A DNA stretch of 64,000 bases from a bacterium (GTDB lineage Bacteria > Patescibacteriota > UBA1384 > JAGGWG01): assembly GCA_021157605.1 (NCBI GenBank), contig JAGGWG010000006.1, forward strand, positions 2,387 to 66,386, given 5' to 3'. Shown piece after piece: positions 29,715-40,630 of this stretch. The translations under genes were made by a program, and so were the position numbers. Under the pieces are notes generated by a model that ran no database searches, was not told where the DNA came from, and saw only the letters and a list, made by a program, of their open reading frames with translations. Numbering within the stretch: position 1 is the stretch's first letter; each line of letters starts with the position of its first letter.

Positions 29715-31103
29715 ATGAAGGTTAAAATTGTTGCCACAATTGGTCCTGCCTCTGGAGATTTAGAGGTGCAAAAAGAAATGGTGGAGGCCGGGCTTTCAGT
29801 AGCACGGTTTAATTTTTCTCATGGTCAAAGAGAAGAGTTTAAAGAGTGGGCACAAAACTTTAGGTCCCTAAGCTCGCAAACAAAACAACCAGTAGCTATT
29901 TTACAGGATCTTCAGGGTCCACGATTAAGATTAGGAGAGTTAAAAAAAGAAAAAACTCTGTCTTTAGGGGAGGTTCTAAAAGTGGGTGTGCGTCGTTCGG
30001 GCAATGATTTGGTTTTAGATAATCCTGAAGTATTTGCTGATATTAAGCCTAAAGAACGCATTTTAGTTAATGATGGAGTAGTGGTTTTGCGGGTAAAAAA
30101 GAAAAAAAACCATAGTTTGGTTTGTGAGGTGGAAAGAGCAGGCAAAGTTAGAAGTCATAATGGAGTTAATCTGCCTGATTCCAAAATTTCTTTCCCTTCT
30201 TTAACTGAAAAGGACAAGGAAGATGCTTTGTTTGGTTTAGAACTCAGAGTTGATTACATGGCTTTATCTTTTGTTCGCAAAGCTGATGATATTAGACAGT
30301 TCAAAAAATACCTTGGTCATCGTAGTAATTTTAGGCCTCTTATTATTGCTAAAATAGAAAAACGAGAGGCAGTTGAAAATATAGAGGGAATTTTAAAGGT
30401 AGTTGATGGAATTATGGTTGCCAGAGGCGATCTTGGTATTGAGATGCCGCGAGAGGAAGTACCCTTGGTGCAAAAAGAGCTAATTAAAAAAGCGATTGCT
30501 GCCGGCAAAGCAGTGATTACAGCTACGCAAATGTTAGAGTCAATGGTTAAAAGACCTTTGCCAACGCGGGCAGAGGTAAGTGATGTTGCCAATGCAATTT
30601 TAGACGGGACAGACGCGGTAATGCTTTCAGAAGAAACTTCTATTGGCGATTATCCAGCGGAGGCTCTAAAAGAGATGGTTAAAGTGATTAAGGAGGTTGA
30701 GGAGGCTTATGATAATAACAGGTCAATTGGCCAAAAGCTTATTTCTGAAGTAGATGTTTTGGGTGAAGCAGCTTGTCGAATGGCTCAGGAGGCAAAAGCC
30801 CGTTATATTGTCTCTGTTACTAATTCAGGCCACACTGCCAGAATGATTGCTAAGCATAGACCAAAGACTCCTATTTTGGCTCTTACTCCTTACGAAACAG
30901 TGTGGAGACAGCTTAGTTTGGTGTGGGGAGTTACGCCTTTGCTTCTGCCAATGTTTCATACTACTGATGAGTTAATTTATCAAGCGACTAATTTGGTTAA
31001 AACTAAAAAATTAGTGAAACCTAAAGATAAGATAATAATCGTTGCTGGTCATCCAGCTGGCAAAAGAGGGCGGACTAATCTTTTGAAGCTTCAAATTGTA
31101 TGA
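29715..31103 (+). CDS. pyk: Pyruvate kinase
   Basis: It has MKVKIVATIGPAS, MVARGDLGIE and a C-terminal allosteric domain. Confidence 0.9.
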   Translation: MKVKIVATIGPASGDLEVQKEMVEAGLSVARFNFSHGQREEFKEWAQNFRSLSSQTKQPVAILQDLQGPRLRLGELKKEKTLSLGEVLKVGVRRSGNDLVLDNPEVFADIKPKERILVNDGVVVLRVKKKKNHSLVCEVERAGKVRSHNGVNLPDSKISFPSLTEKDKEDALFGLELRVDYMALSFVRKADDIRQFKKYLGHRSNFRPLIIAKIEKREAVENIEGILKVVDGIMVARGDLGIEMPREEVPLVQKELIKKAIAAGKAVITATQMLESMVKRPLPTRAEVSDVANAILDGTDAVMLSEETSIGDYPAEALKEMVKVIKEVEEAYDNNRSIGQKLISEVDVLGEAACRMAQEAKARYIVSVTNSGHTARMIAKHRPKTPILALTPYETVWRQLSLVWGVTPLLLPMFHTTDELIYQATNLVKTKKLVKPKDKIIIVAGHPAGKRGRTNLLKLQIV

Positions 31104-33334
31104 GAAACAAAATTATTTTTTGGTTTCCGGAAATTTCTCGTCGGGATATATCTTTGGTTGGGGGCAAAGGGGCAAATTTAGGAGAATTGAGTCGAGCCAA
31201 CTTTCCTGTCCCTGAAGGTTTTTGTCTTTCCACTAAAGCTTACTTTGATTTTATTCGCCAGTATAAAATTGACGAAATTATTGAGGAAGAGCTGACAGCT
31301 CTTAATTATGAAGATAGTGAATTATTGCACAAAGCTTCTGCTGTTATCAAAGAAGCGATTTTAGATGCTCCTTTACCCAAGAAAATTGAGGAAGAAATTA
31401 TCAAAGCTTATGAAAAAATAGACAATAGTTTTGTAGCCGTACGTTCTTCAGCTTCAGCTGAGGATTTGCCAGAAGCATCTTTTGCTGGTCAGCAAGCTAC
31501 CTTTTTGAATGTTAAAGGAAAAGATAAGCTTCTTGAAGCTGTTAAAAAGAGTTGGGCTTCTCTTTTTGAGGCAAGGGCGATTTACTACCGCTTTGTAAAT
31601 AATTTTGATCATCTTAAGGTTGGCCTCTCAGTAGTGGTACAGCGAATGATTCAATCTGAGGTTTCAGGAGTGATGTTTACTGTTGATCCTCTAACAAATA
31701 GAAAGGATCTAATTTATATTGAAGCAGCCTATGGTTTAGGAGAAGTAGTTGTTTCTGGTGCAGTTAGACCTGATCGTTATTGGGTTAAAAAACGTTCTTT
31801 TACTATCAGTAAAAAAGATATTTCGCGGCAAAATTGGATGCTGAAAAAGCAGGGTTTGGGGGACAGGCGGGTACCAGTAGCTTGTTCTTTGCAGAATCAA
31901 CAAAAACTTGCTAATGAACTAATTATTCAGTTAGCCCGCTTGGGAAAAAAGATTGAAAAACATTATGGTGTGCCTCAGGATATTGAGTGGGCAATGGAGA
32001 AGGAGAAACTCTACATTGTTCAGGCTCGTCCTGTTACCACATTGGAAAGAGGGAAAAAACAAAAGGAGGTTAAGGCTAAACATATTTTACTTAAAGGTCA
32101 GGGTGCTTCCTCGGGCCAAGTTTCTGGCAAAGTGGTTATTATCTCTTCACCAAAAGAGCTGAATAAGGTCAAGAAAGGGGATATTTTGGTGGCAAAAATG
32201 ACTAATCCCAGTTATGTGCCAGCAATGAGAAAAGCTGCCGGTATTATTACTGATGAGGGTGGAGCAACCTCCCATGCCGCTATTGTTAGTCGGGAGTTAG
32301 GTATTGCTTGTGTGGTGGGCACAGAAAAAGCTACAAAAGTGCTTAAAAACAATGAGTTGGTTACTGTTGATGGAGAAAGGGGGTTGGTTTATGCCGGTGA
32401 TGCTGTAATTAACAAAGAAGTTTCGGTAATAAGCCACAAAAAACTCCCTAAAACAAAAACTAAAATTTATGTCAATTTGGGCGAAGTGGCAGCTGCCAAA
32501 AAAGTGGCTAAACTTTCTGTTGATGGGGTCGGGCTTTTGCGGGCTGAGTTTATGATTGCTGAAATTGGAGTTCACCCCCGTTATATGTGGGAAAAGGGGG
32601 AAAGTGGGAAATTTGTTAAGCGTTTAACTGAAGGAATCAGGGTTTTTGCTCAAGCTTTTAACCCCCGGCCAGTGATTTATAGAGCGACAGATTTTAAAAC
32701 CAATGAATATCGCAATTTAAAAGGGGGGGAGAAGTATGAAAAAACAGAATCTAACCCAATGCTTGGGTATCGAGGGGCAATGCGCTATATTCAAGAGCCG
32801 GATCTTTTTGGGTTAGAGCTGGAAGCTTTAAAGAGGGTTCGCCGTCGCTACAAAAATGTTTGGTTAATGATTCCTTTTGTGCGCACTGTTGATGAGATGA
32901 AAAAAGTTTTGTTTTTGCTCAAAAAAGCAGGTTTAAAACGCAGCCAAAGTTTTAAGGTTTTGGCTATGTGCGAGGTTCCTTCTACCGTAATTTTAGCTGA
33001 TAAATTTATGGAAACTGGCATTGATGGTTTTTCTATTGGCTCCAATGATCTCACCCAGTTGCTTTTAGGTTTAGATAGAGACAATGAAAGATTAAGTTTT
33101 GAATTTGATGAGAGAGACCCGGCTGTAATCTGGGCAATTAGGAGAATTATTCGCTTAACGCATCGCAAAAAAGGCTTAGTTTCTATCTGTGGTCAGGCTC
33201 CTTCTCGGTATCCGGAGTATGTTAGATTCTTAGTTAAAGAAAAAATTGATTCAATTTCAGTTAATCCCGATGCAGTGGAAAAAACTAAAAAAATGGTGGC
33301 TGAAATAGAAAAAGAGCTTAAAATTAGCAAATAG
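31100..33334 (+). CDS. ppsA: Phosphoenolpyruvate synthase (PEP-utilising enzyme family)
   Basis: It has the N-terminal ATP-grasp motif LVGGKGANLGEL, the central phosphohistidine motif GGATSHAAIVSRELGIACVVG and a C-terminal PEP-binding TIM domain. Confidence 0.8.
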   Translation: MRNKIIFWFPEISRRDISLVGGKGANLGELSRANFPVPEGFCLSTKAYFDFIRQYKIDEIIEEELTALNYEDSELLHKASAVIKEAILDAPLPKKIEEEIIKAYEKIDNSFVAVRSSASAEDLPEASFAGQQATFLNVKGKDKLLEAVKKSWASLFEARAIYYRFVNNFDHLKVGLSVVVQRMIQSEVSGVMFTVDPLTNRKDLIYIEAAYGLGEVVVSGAVRPDRYWVKKRSFTISKKDISRQNWMLKKQGLGDRRVPVACSLQNQQKLANELIIQLARLGKKIEKHYGVPQDIEWAMEKEKLYIVQARPVTTLERGKKQKEVKAKHILLKGQGASSGQVSGKVVIISSPKELNKVKKGDILVAKMTNPSYVPAMRKAAGIITDEGGATSHAAIVSRELGIACVVGTEKATKVLKNNELVTVDGERGLVYAGDAVINKEVSVISHKKLPKTKTKIYVNLGEVAAAKKVAKLSVDGVGLLRAEFMIAEIGVHPRYMWEKGESGKFVKRLTEGIRVFAQAFNPRPVIYRATDFKTNEYRNLKGGEKYEKTESNPMLGYRGAMRYIQEPDLFGLELEALKRVRRRYKNVWLMIPFVRTVDEMKKVLFLLKKAGLKRSQSFKVLAMCEVPSTVILADKFMETGIDGFSIGSNDLTQLLLGLDRDNERLSFEFDERDPAVIWAIRRIIRLTHRKKGLVSICGQAPSRYPEYVRFLVKEKIDSISVNPDAVEKTKKMVAEIEKELKISK

Positions 33335-33353
33335 GAGCCGAATTTCAAAAGGG

Positions 33354-33665
33354 TTATTTAGCAGCAGAAGCGCTGCTTTTTTTTGTGTTCGTGGGGATAA
33401 CGCTGACAAAGGTTTTTAGACGAGTTTTTCCGTAAAAATTGCTTTTCTTTTTTTTAAAAAACTTCACCCGGCCCTGTTTAAGAGCAAAAATGGTAAAATC
33501 TTTACCTAAAGCAACGTTCTCGCCCGGGTTATATTTAGTCCCTCTTTGGCGGATAATAATTTCTCCAGCCTTAACTATCTGGCCGTCAGTGCGCTTAACG
33601 CCCAGCCTTTTGGATTCGCTGTCTCTACCCAGCCTAGTTGATCCTTGCGACGCCTTATGAGCCAT
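33354..33665 (-). CDS. rpmA: 50S ribosomal protein L27 with a ~20-aa C-terminal basic extension
   Basis: It has [25 protein letters not shown]...[10 protein letters not shown]. The ORF track starts 18 codons upstream at 33719, but the conserved MAHK start is at 33665. Confidence 0.85.
   Translation of the reverse strand: MAHKASQGSTRLGRDSESKRLGVKRTDGQIVKAGEIIIRQRGTKYNPGENVALGKDFTIFALKQGRVKFFKKKKSNFYGKTRLKTFVSVIPTNTKKSSASAAK
33360..33385 (+). terminator. Rho-independent terminator after ppsA
   Basis: AGCAGC-agaagc-GCTGCT forms a 6-bp stem. It is followed by TTTTTTTT. It overlaps the codons of the rpmA C-terminal tail on the opposite strand. Confidence 0.5.
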
Positions 33666-33809
33666 AACCAAATTTAGTTTAGACAAAAAAACAATAAAGG
33701 GGAAATCTCTTTTTGTCAAGAGTTTTATCAGGGTATTTTAAAACTATTTTTAGTTTTAAGATTCCCCACTTTGTTTTGTTTTTAACTTTTTGTTAAATTT
33801 AAATACAGT

Positions 33810-36800
33810 ATGGCTCGACCTGAATTTGTTCATCTTCACGTGCACTCGCATTACTCTATTTTAGATGGATTAGGCAAAATTGACTCATTGGTAGAGAAGG
33901 CAAAGAAGCTAAAACAGAAAGCTGTGGCTTTAACTGACCATGGCGTGATGTATGGAGCGGTGGAATTTTTTCTTAAAGCTAAAGAAGCGGGTATTAAACC
34001 AATAATTGGTTCTGAAGTTTATCTTGCCCCTAAGTCAATGGAAGATAAAAGCAGGGAGGACACTAACCCTTACCACCTTGTTCTATTGGCTAAAAACGAA
34101 GAGGGCTATAAAAATTTGATGCATCTTTTAACTTTGGCTCATCTTAAAGGGTATTATTATAAGCCGCGCATAGACAAAAAAACACTTAAAAAATATGCTA
34201 AAGGATTAATTGCCCTTTCTGCCTGTTTGCAGGGGGAAATCCCCCGTTTAATTTTAAGCGGCGCTCAAGACAAGCTCAAAAAGTCTTTGGATTTTTATCA
34301 AGAGGTTTTTGGCAAGGATTTTTATTTAGAGATACAGCACCATCCTAATATTGAGGAACAAGCTAAAGTAAATCAGGAAATAGTAAAAATAGCCAAAAAG
34401 TTAGGTATCAAGGTTGTAGCCACTCAAGACGCACACTACCTTGATATTGAAGACAAGGAGGCGCATGAAGCGCTTCTCTGTATTCAGACAGGCCGTTTTC
34501 TTTCTGATAAAGACAGAATGTCAATGGCTGAGGATAATTTTCATTTGGCTTCTACTGAAGAAATGGCAGAGGCTTTCAAAGAATATCCTCAGGTTTTAAA
34601 AAATACGCTGGAAGTGGCAGAAAAAATCGAGTTGGAGATCAAGCCTTCTGGAAAATTGCTTTTGCCCAAATTCCCTCTTCCTAAGGGATATACAGCAGAA
34701 AAGTATTTACGGGAGTTGGCTTTAAGGGGTTTGCGTTGGCGTTATGGCAGCTGGTCGCGCGAAAAGGCTCAAGCCTCTGAATCAAATAATTTTGAGGTTT
34801 CTAAAGAGGTTATGGACAGGTTGAATTATGAGCTTTCAATTATTGAAAAAACAGGTTATGCTTCCTATTTTTTGATTGTTGCTGACTTTATCAACTTTGC
34901 CAAGAACAAAGGCATAGCTGTAGGGCCGGGTAGAGGAAGTGCTGCTGGTAGTTTGGTTTCTTATCTTTTGGGTATTACTGACATTGATCCCTTAAGATAT
35001 GGTTTAATTTTTGAACGTTTTCTTAACCCAGAAAGAGTTTCCCCGCCTGATATTGATATTGATTTTGCTGATGATCGACGAGATGAAGTTATCCAGTATG
35101 TTCGTCACAAATATGGCGAGGATAAGGTGGCCCAAATTGCTACCTTTGGTAAAATGGAGAGTCGTCAGGTTGTCAGAGATGTAGCCAGAGTAATGGGTTT
35201 AAGTTATTCTGACGGAGATCGAATTGCTAAAGCTATTCCTTTTGGCAGCAAACTTGAAGAAGCTCTAGAGGTTTCACCAGAATTAAAAAAGATGTATGAG
35301 AGCGAAGATCAGGTGCAGAAGGTTGTTGATTTGGCTAAGCGTTTGGAAGGGGTAGTGCGTCAGACTGGTATTCACGCTGCCGGAGTAGTTATTGCTCCTG
35401 AAGAGTTGCCTAATTTTACCCCTCTTCAGCGTGCGCCCAAAGGCGATCTTTCTATTACCACCCAATACTCAATGTACGATATAGAAAAGCTTGGTTTGGT
35501 AAAGATGGATTTTTTGGGTCTTTCTAATCTTTCCATTATTCAGCAAGCTTTAAGGGTAATCGCCAAAACCAAAGATACAAAAATCGATATTTCTAATTTG
35601 CCCCTAGAGGATAAAAAGACATTTAAACTTCTTTCTCAAGGTTATACAGTTGGTGTTTTTCAGCTTTCCAGTGAAGGGATGAGGCGTTACTTAAAGCAGC
35701 TTAAGCCTTCCCAGTTTGAGGATTTGATTGCTATGGTTGCCCTTTACCGTCCGGGGCCAATTGAGTTTATTCCCCAATATATTGCTGGCAAACATGGCGC
35801 CGAAGTCAAATATTTACACCCAAAACTTGAGTCAATTCTTCAAGAAACCTACGGGATTGCTGTTTATCAGGAACAGGTGCTTGAAATTGCTCGTCAGCTT
35901 GGAGGTTTTACTTATGGTGAAGCTGATATTTTAAGACGGGCAGTAGGCAAAAAAATCAAAGAGCTTTTATTAGAACAAAAGAAAAAGTTGATTAGCGGTA
36001 TGCTTAAAAATGGGGTGAATAAGGGAGTAGCTAAAAAAATATGGGAGTTTATCCAGCCTTTTGCTCGTTATGGTTTTAATAAATCTCATGCTGCTGGCTA
36101 CGCTATGATTGCCTACATCACCGCTTACCTAAAAGCTAATTATCCATCAGAATTTATGTCCGCTCTTTTAACTGCAGATCAGGAGGATTTGGATAAAATT
36201 GCCAGGGATATCGCTGAGTGTGAAAGAATGGGGATCAAGGTTTTGCCGCCTGATGTCAATGAGTCATTTGTTGAATTCGGCGTAGTTAAGGATACAGGAG
36301 ATATTAGATTTGCTTTAGCGGCAATTAAAAACATAGGGGAGACACCAGCTGAGGTGATTGTGGAAGAGCGGAAGAAAAATGGTGCTTACAAAACTTTAGA
36401 GGATTTTCTTAAAAGGCTTTCGCCAATAATAAACAAAAAAATTTTGGAAAGCTTAATTAAAGCTGGAGCGCTGGATAGTTTTGCCGAAAGGCAACTTCTT
36501 TTGCACAATTTGGAAAAACTACTTCGGTATGCCAGCTCCTTTGCCCGACGTAACCAGAGTAATCAGACAGATCTTTTTGGTATGAGTGAAAAACCGATTT
36601 TAAAGGAAAATTTAGATCTTGAGCCGGTAGAACCAGCTAGTGAATCGCAAAAGATGAGCTGGGAGCGGGAACTTTTAGGTATTTATCTTTCTCTACATCC
36701 TTTAGATAATCATAAAAAACTTCTCAAGTCTCTACCTTATCAGATTAAGGATTTAGCACAAATGCCAGAGAACAAACAGGTTATTGCTGTGGGTGTTATT

Positions 36801-37298
36801 ACTGAAATTCAAAAGATATATACCCGTTCTCAAGAACTTATGCTTTTTGTCCGTATTGAAGACAAAACCGCTTCAGTTGAGGCTTTAGTTTTCCCAAAAG
36901 TTTTGCAGGAATTTGGCGATGTTTTCCAAATGGATAGTGTCATTGGGATCAAAGGGCGTTTAACTTTTAAGGAGAGAGGAGAAAGAACAACAGAACCTAA
37001 AATTATTGTGGAAAAAGCCAAAAGAGCTGAACACATTCAGATTAAGACAAATGCGAAAAAATTGGACACACCTCAGCGTCAGGCGCTAATCCTAAAACTC
37101 TCCCATTACTCTCGTCCCTTGATGGAGTCCTTGAAAAATATCATTACTTCCCAAAAAGGAGATCTCCCTGTTTATTTAGTAGTTAGGGAGAATGGGATTG
37201 ATAAAGAGATACGTCTGCGTCAGGGAGTTAATTGTTCCAAAAAACTGCTAAAAGAGATGCGTTCTCTTTTGGGTAAAGAAAATGTTTCTTGGCGTTAA
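33810..37298 (+). CDS. dnaE: DNA polymerase III alpha subunit
   Basis: 1162 aa with the PHP domain HLHVHSHYSILDG, a polymerase core and a C-terminal OB fold. Confidence 0.95.
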   Translation: MARPEFVHLHVHSHYSILDGLGKIDSLVEKAKKLKQKAVALTDHGVMYGAVEFFLKAKEAGIKPIIGSEVYLAPKSMEDKSREDTNPYHLVLLAKNEEGYKNLMHLLTLAHLKGYYYKPRIDKKTLKKYAKGLIALSACLQGEIPRLILSGAQDKLKKSLDFYQEVFGKDFYLEIQHHPNIEEQAKVNQEIVKIAKKLGIKVVATQDAHYLDIEDKEAHEALLCIQTGRFLSDKDRMSMAEDNFHLASTEEMAEAFKEYPQVLKNTLEVAEKIELEIKPSGKLLLPKFPLPKGYTAEKYLRELALRGLRWRYGSWSREKAQASESNNFEVSKEVMDRLNYELSIIEKTGYASYFLIVADFINFAKNKGIAVGPGRGSAAGSLVSYLLGITDIDPLRYGLIFERFLNPERVSPPDIDIDFADDRRDEVIQYVRHKYGEDKVAQIATFGKMESRQVVRDVARVMGLSYSDGDRIAKAIPFGSKLEEALEVSPELKKMYESEDQVQKVVDLAKRLEGVVRQTGIHAAGVVIAPEELPNFTPLQRAPKGDLSITTQYSMYDIEKLGLVKMDFLGLSNLSIIQQALRVIAKTKDTKIDISNLPLEDKKTFKLLSQGYTVGVFQLSSEGMRRYLKQLKPSQFEDLIAMVALYRPGPIEFIPQYIAGKHGAEVKYLHPKLESILQETYGIAVYQEQVLEIARQLGGFTYGEADILRRAVGKKIKELLLEQKKKLISGMLKNGVNKGVAKKIWEFIQPFARYGFNKSHAAGYAMIAYITAYLKANYPSEFMSALLTADQEDLDKIARDIAECERMGIKVLPPDVNESFVEFGVVKDTGDIRFALAAIKNIGETPAEVIVEERKKNGAYKTLEDFLKRLSPIINKKILESLIKAGALDSFAERQLLLHNLEKLLRYASSFARRNQSNQTDLFGMSEKPILKENLDLEPVEPASESQKMSWERELLGIYLSLHPLDNHKKLLKSLPYQIKDLAQMPENKQVIAVGVITEIQKIYTRSQELMLFVRIEDKTASVEALVFPKVLQEFGDVFQMDSVIGIKGRLTFKERGERTTEPKIIVEKAKRAEHIQIKTNAKKLDTPQRQALILKLSHYSRPLMESLKNIITSQKGDLPVYLVVRENGIDKEIRLRQGVNCSKKLLKEMRSLLGKENVSWR

Positions 37299-37819
37299 AC
37301 ATTGTGTCTTAGCCAATATTCTTTGAGATTTAAAATTTGGCGCTTGAGTTTTTCCGGGTTAGCTACTTTTTCTAATTTAATTTTGCCGCCCGGTGTTTTA
37401 ATAATTAGGTCTCCAAAACCAAGTATAGATGCTTTTAAGCCTTTGATTTTATACTCTACCTCTAAAATATCTTTGAGGGCAGTCTCTTTTACTTTAGTTT
37501 CAAAGGCTCCTTTTTGGGTTTTGGACCATAATCTTTTATTGGTCAAAAAAGCTTGATTGCGGTAGAAACGAGAATAGCTAAAGATGGCGTAGGTTCCTAA
37601 AACGCCAACACAGATTAAAAAAACAACAAAGAACCAAAAAGAAAATCCTGCTTTAGCTAAAGTAAAAGCTAAAAGAAAAAAAGCTAAACTGAGAGACCAG
37701 AAAAGCGGCCAAACTAAAAAATAAGAATGAGGAGTGATTTCCAGAAGTATTTTTTCATCTTCGTCCAGATCAAACATAGTTTTAATGTATAAAATATGGC
37801 AAAAGAAGACCCAAAGCAA
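37295..37819 (-). CDS. Bacterial PH-domain (YdbS/YdbT-like) membrane protein
   Basis: It has two N-terminal TM helices, then a PH-like domain with NQAFLTNKRL. Confidence 0.45.
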   Translation of the reverse strand: MLWVFFCHILYIKTMFDLDEDEKILLEITPHSYFLVWPLFWSLSLAFFLLAFTLAKAGFSFWFFVVFLICVGVLGTYAIFSYSRFYRNQAFLTNKRLWSKTQKGAFETKVKETALKDILEVEYKIKGLKASILGFGDLIIKTPGGKIKLEKVANPEKLKRQILNLKEYWLRHNV

Positions 37820-37851
37820 CTATGACAATAATAACAATCCAGATAACGCGC

Positions 37852-38865
37852 TTAAGTTCTTTCATTGTTTCTTTTTTCTATTATATCTAAAACTGCGAAA
37901 AAAATGAGGCAGACTCCAGAGAGAATAACTAAACCAAAAAATTTAATTTGGGTTGAAGCAGGAATAATCAGCAATCCAAAAACAAGCGATATTAGCCAGA
38001 AGAAAAAAGTTGTCTGTTTTTCGCTTAGTCCCAATCTGAGCAGGCGGTGATGGAGGTGGCGCTTGTCTGCCAAAAAGATATTTTTTTTGCCTTTAATCCT
38101 TTGCATTATCACCCATAATCCGTCTAGTATAGGCAGACCCAAAACTAAGAATGAGGTTGCTAATTTGGAGCCGCCCAAGATAGAAGTAAGGGCTAGCATA
38201 AAGCCCAAAAAATTGCTGCCTGAATCACCCATAAAAATTTCTCCTTTAAGAAAATTGTAAGGCAAAAAGGCTAAAAGGATACCGATTAAAATGCTAGCCA
38301 AAAGTACAGCAGGAAAGGCATTTACCCAAGGTAGAAAGGCGGTGTAAATAATAGCTAAGAAGGCAATAATGCTGACTCCGGCAGCTAAACCGTTCAGCCC
38401 GTCCAGCCAATTAAGGATATTGATAAGCAGAACAACCCAAAATATAGTAGCAAGAGCTGAAAACCAAAAATTAAGAGTAATCATGCCCAGCAAAGGGATA
38501 TTAATAACTTCTATTCTAATGCCTAGTGCTACCAACAGCCCGGCGCCAAGCAGTTGTCCCAAAAGTTTAATTTGTGGAGAGAGATTAAAGATATCATCCA
38601 AAAGTCCAACAACAAAGATAATCAAAGCCGGCAGAAAAATTTTTCCCAAAACAGCTAAACTAAGATAAGAAAAGTGAGAAAAAAAGGAAACAGCAAGTAA
38701 AACAAGCCAAAAAGCAGAAAAGAAAATAATTCCTCCTGTGCGGGGAACAGGTTGTCGGTGGATTTTTCGTTTTGCTGGCTGGTCTAAAATCTGAATTCTT
38801 TTTGCCAGCGGGTAGCCCAGCAAAGAGGCAAAGAAGCTGGCAATTGAAGCAAGGATATAAATCAT
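37852..38865 (-). CDS. Glycosyltransferase family 4 polyprenyl-phosphate sugar-phosphate transferase (MraY/WecA family)
   Basis: It is polytopic and has the DDxxD-type motif VGLLDDIFNL and RKIHRQPVPRTGG. Confidence 0.75.
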   Translation of the reverse strand: MIYILASIASFFASLLGYPLAKRIQILDQPAKRKIHRQPVPRTGGIIFFSAFWLVLLAVSFFSHFSYLSLAVLGKIFLPALIIFVVGLLDDIFNLSPQIKLLGQLLGAGLLVALGIRIEVINIPLLGMITLNFWFSALATIFWVVLLINILNWLDGLNGLAAGVSIIAFLAIIYTAFLPWVNAFPAVLLASILIGILLAFLPYNFLKGEIFMGDSGSNFLGFMLALTSILGGSKLATSFLVLGLPILDGLWVIMQRIKGKKNIFLADKRHLHHRLLRLGLSEKQTTFFFWLISLVFGLLIIPASTQIKFFGLVILSGVCLIFFAVLDIIEKRNNERT

Positions 38866-38869
38866 ATTT

Positions 38870-39340
38870 TTAGGATAGATCCTCTTTAGAATAAAGTATA
38901 TTCCAATCTATCCGTTCATAAGGGAAAAGCTCTCTCTTTTTAAAGAAGCGCTCTATCTCTTTTTTGGCTGTTTCAGGTGAGTCTGAGGCGTGGACCACAT
39001 TGTGAGATATTGAGATGGCAAAATCCCCCCTGATTGTGCCCGGAGGTGCTTCAACACCAAAAGTAGGCCCAGTAATTTTTCTCACTACTGAGACCGCTTC
39101 ATTGCCCTCCAAAACTATCAAAATTGTAGGAGAGAGTTTCATAAAATCCACCAAATCTTTGAAAAAGGGCTTGCCGCGATGGTGAGCATAATGTTCGTGC
39201 AATACCTTGTCTTTTAGATGGACCATTTTTAGACCAATGATTTTTAGCCCTTTGCGCTCAAAGCGGTGGATGATTTCGCCAATCAGCCCGCGGTTGACAG
39301 CATCAGGTTTGACAATAACCAGCGTTCGTTCTAAAGCCAT
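38870..39340 (-). CDS. ndk: Nucleoside diphosphate kinase
   Basis: It has ERTLVIVKPDAV and the NVVHASDS active-site region. Confidence 0.9.
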   Translation of the reverse strand: MALERTLVIVKPDAVNRGLIGEIIHRFERKGLKIIGLKMVHLKDKVLHEHYAHHRGKPFFKDLVDFMKLSPTILIVLEGNEAVSVVRKITGPTFGVEAPPGTIRGDFAISISHNVVHASDSPETAKKEIERFFKKRELFPYERIDWNILYSKEDLS

Positions 39341-39343
39341 AAT

Positions 39344-40630
39344 TTATTTTATTTTCTGAATTAATTCTAACAGGCCTTCTTTTTCTTTCAAAGGTCCTAA
39401 AAGAGTAAGAGCTGTGTTTTGGGGTTTAATTAGTTCTCTAAGGACCCTGTCCATGTCTTTTTTGGTGATTGCCTGAGTGGTTCTTTTTATTTCCTCTATG
39501 GATAAAGGACGGTTAAACAGCCTGATGCCTTCTAAGGCAAAATGAGCAATAGTTTGAGGGTTGTCTAAGCTTGTCTCTAGTTCTCCAAGATTGCCTTTTT
39601 TTGCCTCCCTGAGTTTTTGCTCGTCAATACCAGAAGTTTTTAGTTTTTGGAAAATCTTTCCCATTTTCTGGATTGCTTTTTTTGTTTTTTCCGGGGCAAA
39701 GCCGCCAGATACAGAAAGAAGCTGAAAACTTTTAAAGTCAAAACTATGGGCACTAATGTCATAGCTTAGGCCAAGTTTTGTTCTGATTTCAGAGAATAAA
39801 ATCGAATTCAGACCTTGCCCCAAAATTTTTGCCAAAAGTTGTATAGCAATGTTTTCTTTGAGGTTTGCTGGCTTTACTCTTTCAAAAAGCCAAACAAGGT
39901 TAGTCTGCTTAATTTTTTTGTAATGCACAGCAAGGCGTGGTTTTTGGGGAGAGACGTAAGTGGGGATAGAACGTTTCCGCTCTAGCGGCTTTTTGTTGGG
40001 AATAAGTTTTTCTACTTTTTCAGCGAATTTATGTGTCCCGGGGCCAGAAAGAGTTATAACGCAGTTTTGGGGAAGATAGTTGTTTTGCCACCAATTTGTA
40101 AGTTTTTTTTTATCAATGCTTTTGATTGTTTTTTGGTAGCCAATAGTTGGTTGCGAAATTGGATGGTTAGTATTTAAATTTTTATCTGCCAGTTCATCTA
40201 CATAGCTGTCCGGCCTGTCTTTATACATTTTTCTTTCTTCTAAAATTACCTGTTTTTCTTTTTCTATCTCTTCTCTTTTTTTGATTGCTAGGGGATTGAA
40301 GACAACATCAAAAAGCACAGGGAGGGTTTTTTCAGTGTATATTTTTGGGCTAACTAACCAAAAAATAGTGCGTTCAGCGCTGGTAAAGGCGTTGATTATT
40401 CCCCCGTATTTTTCTACCGCAGCTCCTATTGCTTGTTCGTTAGGGTGTTTTTTACTTCCTTTGAAAACCATATGCTCTAAAAAATGGGATATGCCGGCTT
40501 CTTTTTTGTTTTCCAAAAACGATCCCACCCAAAAATTAATGTTTAGAGCCAGAGAATGCAGATGGTTTAATTCAATACTAATGATTTTGGCACCTTTTGT
40601 TTTTTTTAGCCTGAATTTTATTTTAGACAT
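39344..40630 (-). CDS. M16-family (insulinase-like) zinc peptidase
   Basis: It has the inverted zinc motif HFLEHMVFKGS and is 428 aa. Confidence 0.75.
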   Translation of the reverse strand: MSKIKFRLKKTKGAKIISIELNHLHSLALNINFWVGSFLENKKEAGISHFLEHMVFKGSKKHPNEQAIGAAVEKYGGIINAFTSAERTIFWLVSPKIYTEKTLPVLFDVVFNPLAIKKREEIEKEKQVILEERKMYKDRPDSYVDELADKNLNTNHPISQPTIGYQKTIKSIDKKKLTNWWQNNYLPQNCVITLSGPGTHKFAEKVEKLIPNKKPLERKRSIPTYVSPQKPRLAVHYKKIKQTNLVWLFERVKPANLKENIAIQLLAKILGQGLNSILFSEIRTKLGLSYDISAHSFDFKSFQLLSVSGGFAPEKTKKAIQKMGKIFQKLKTSGIDEQKLREAKKGNLGELETSLDNPQTIAHFALEGIRLFNRPLSIEEIKRTTQAITKKDMDRVLRELIKPQNTALTLLGPLKEKEGLLELIQKIK

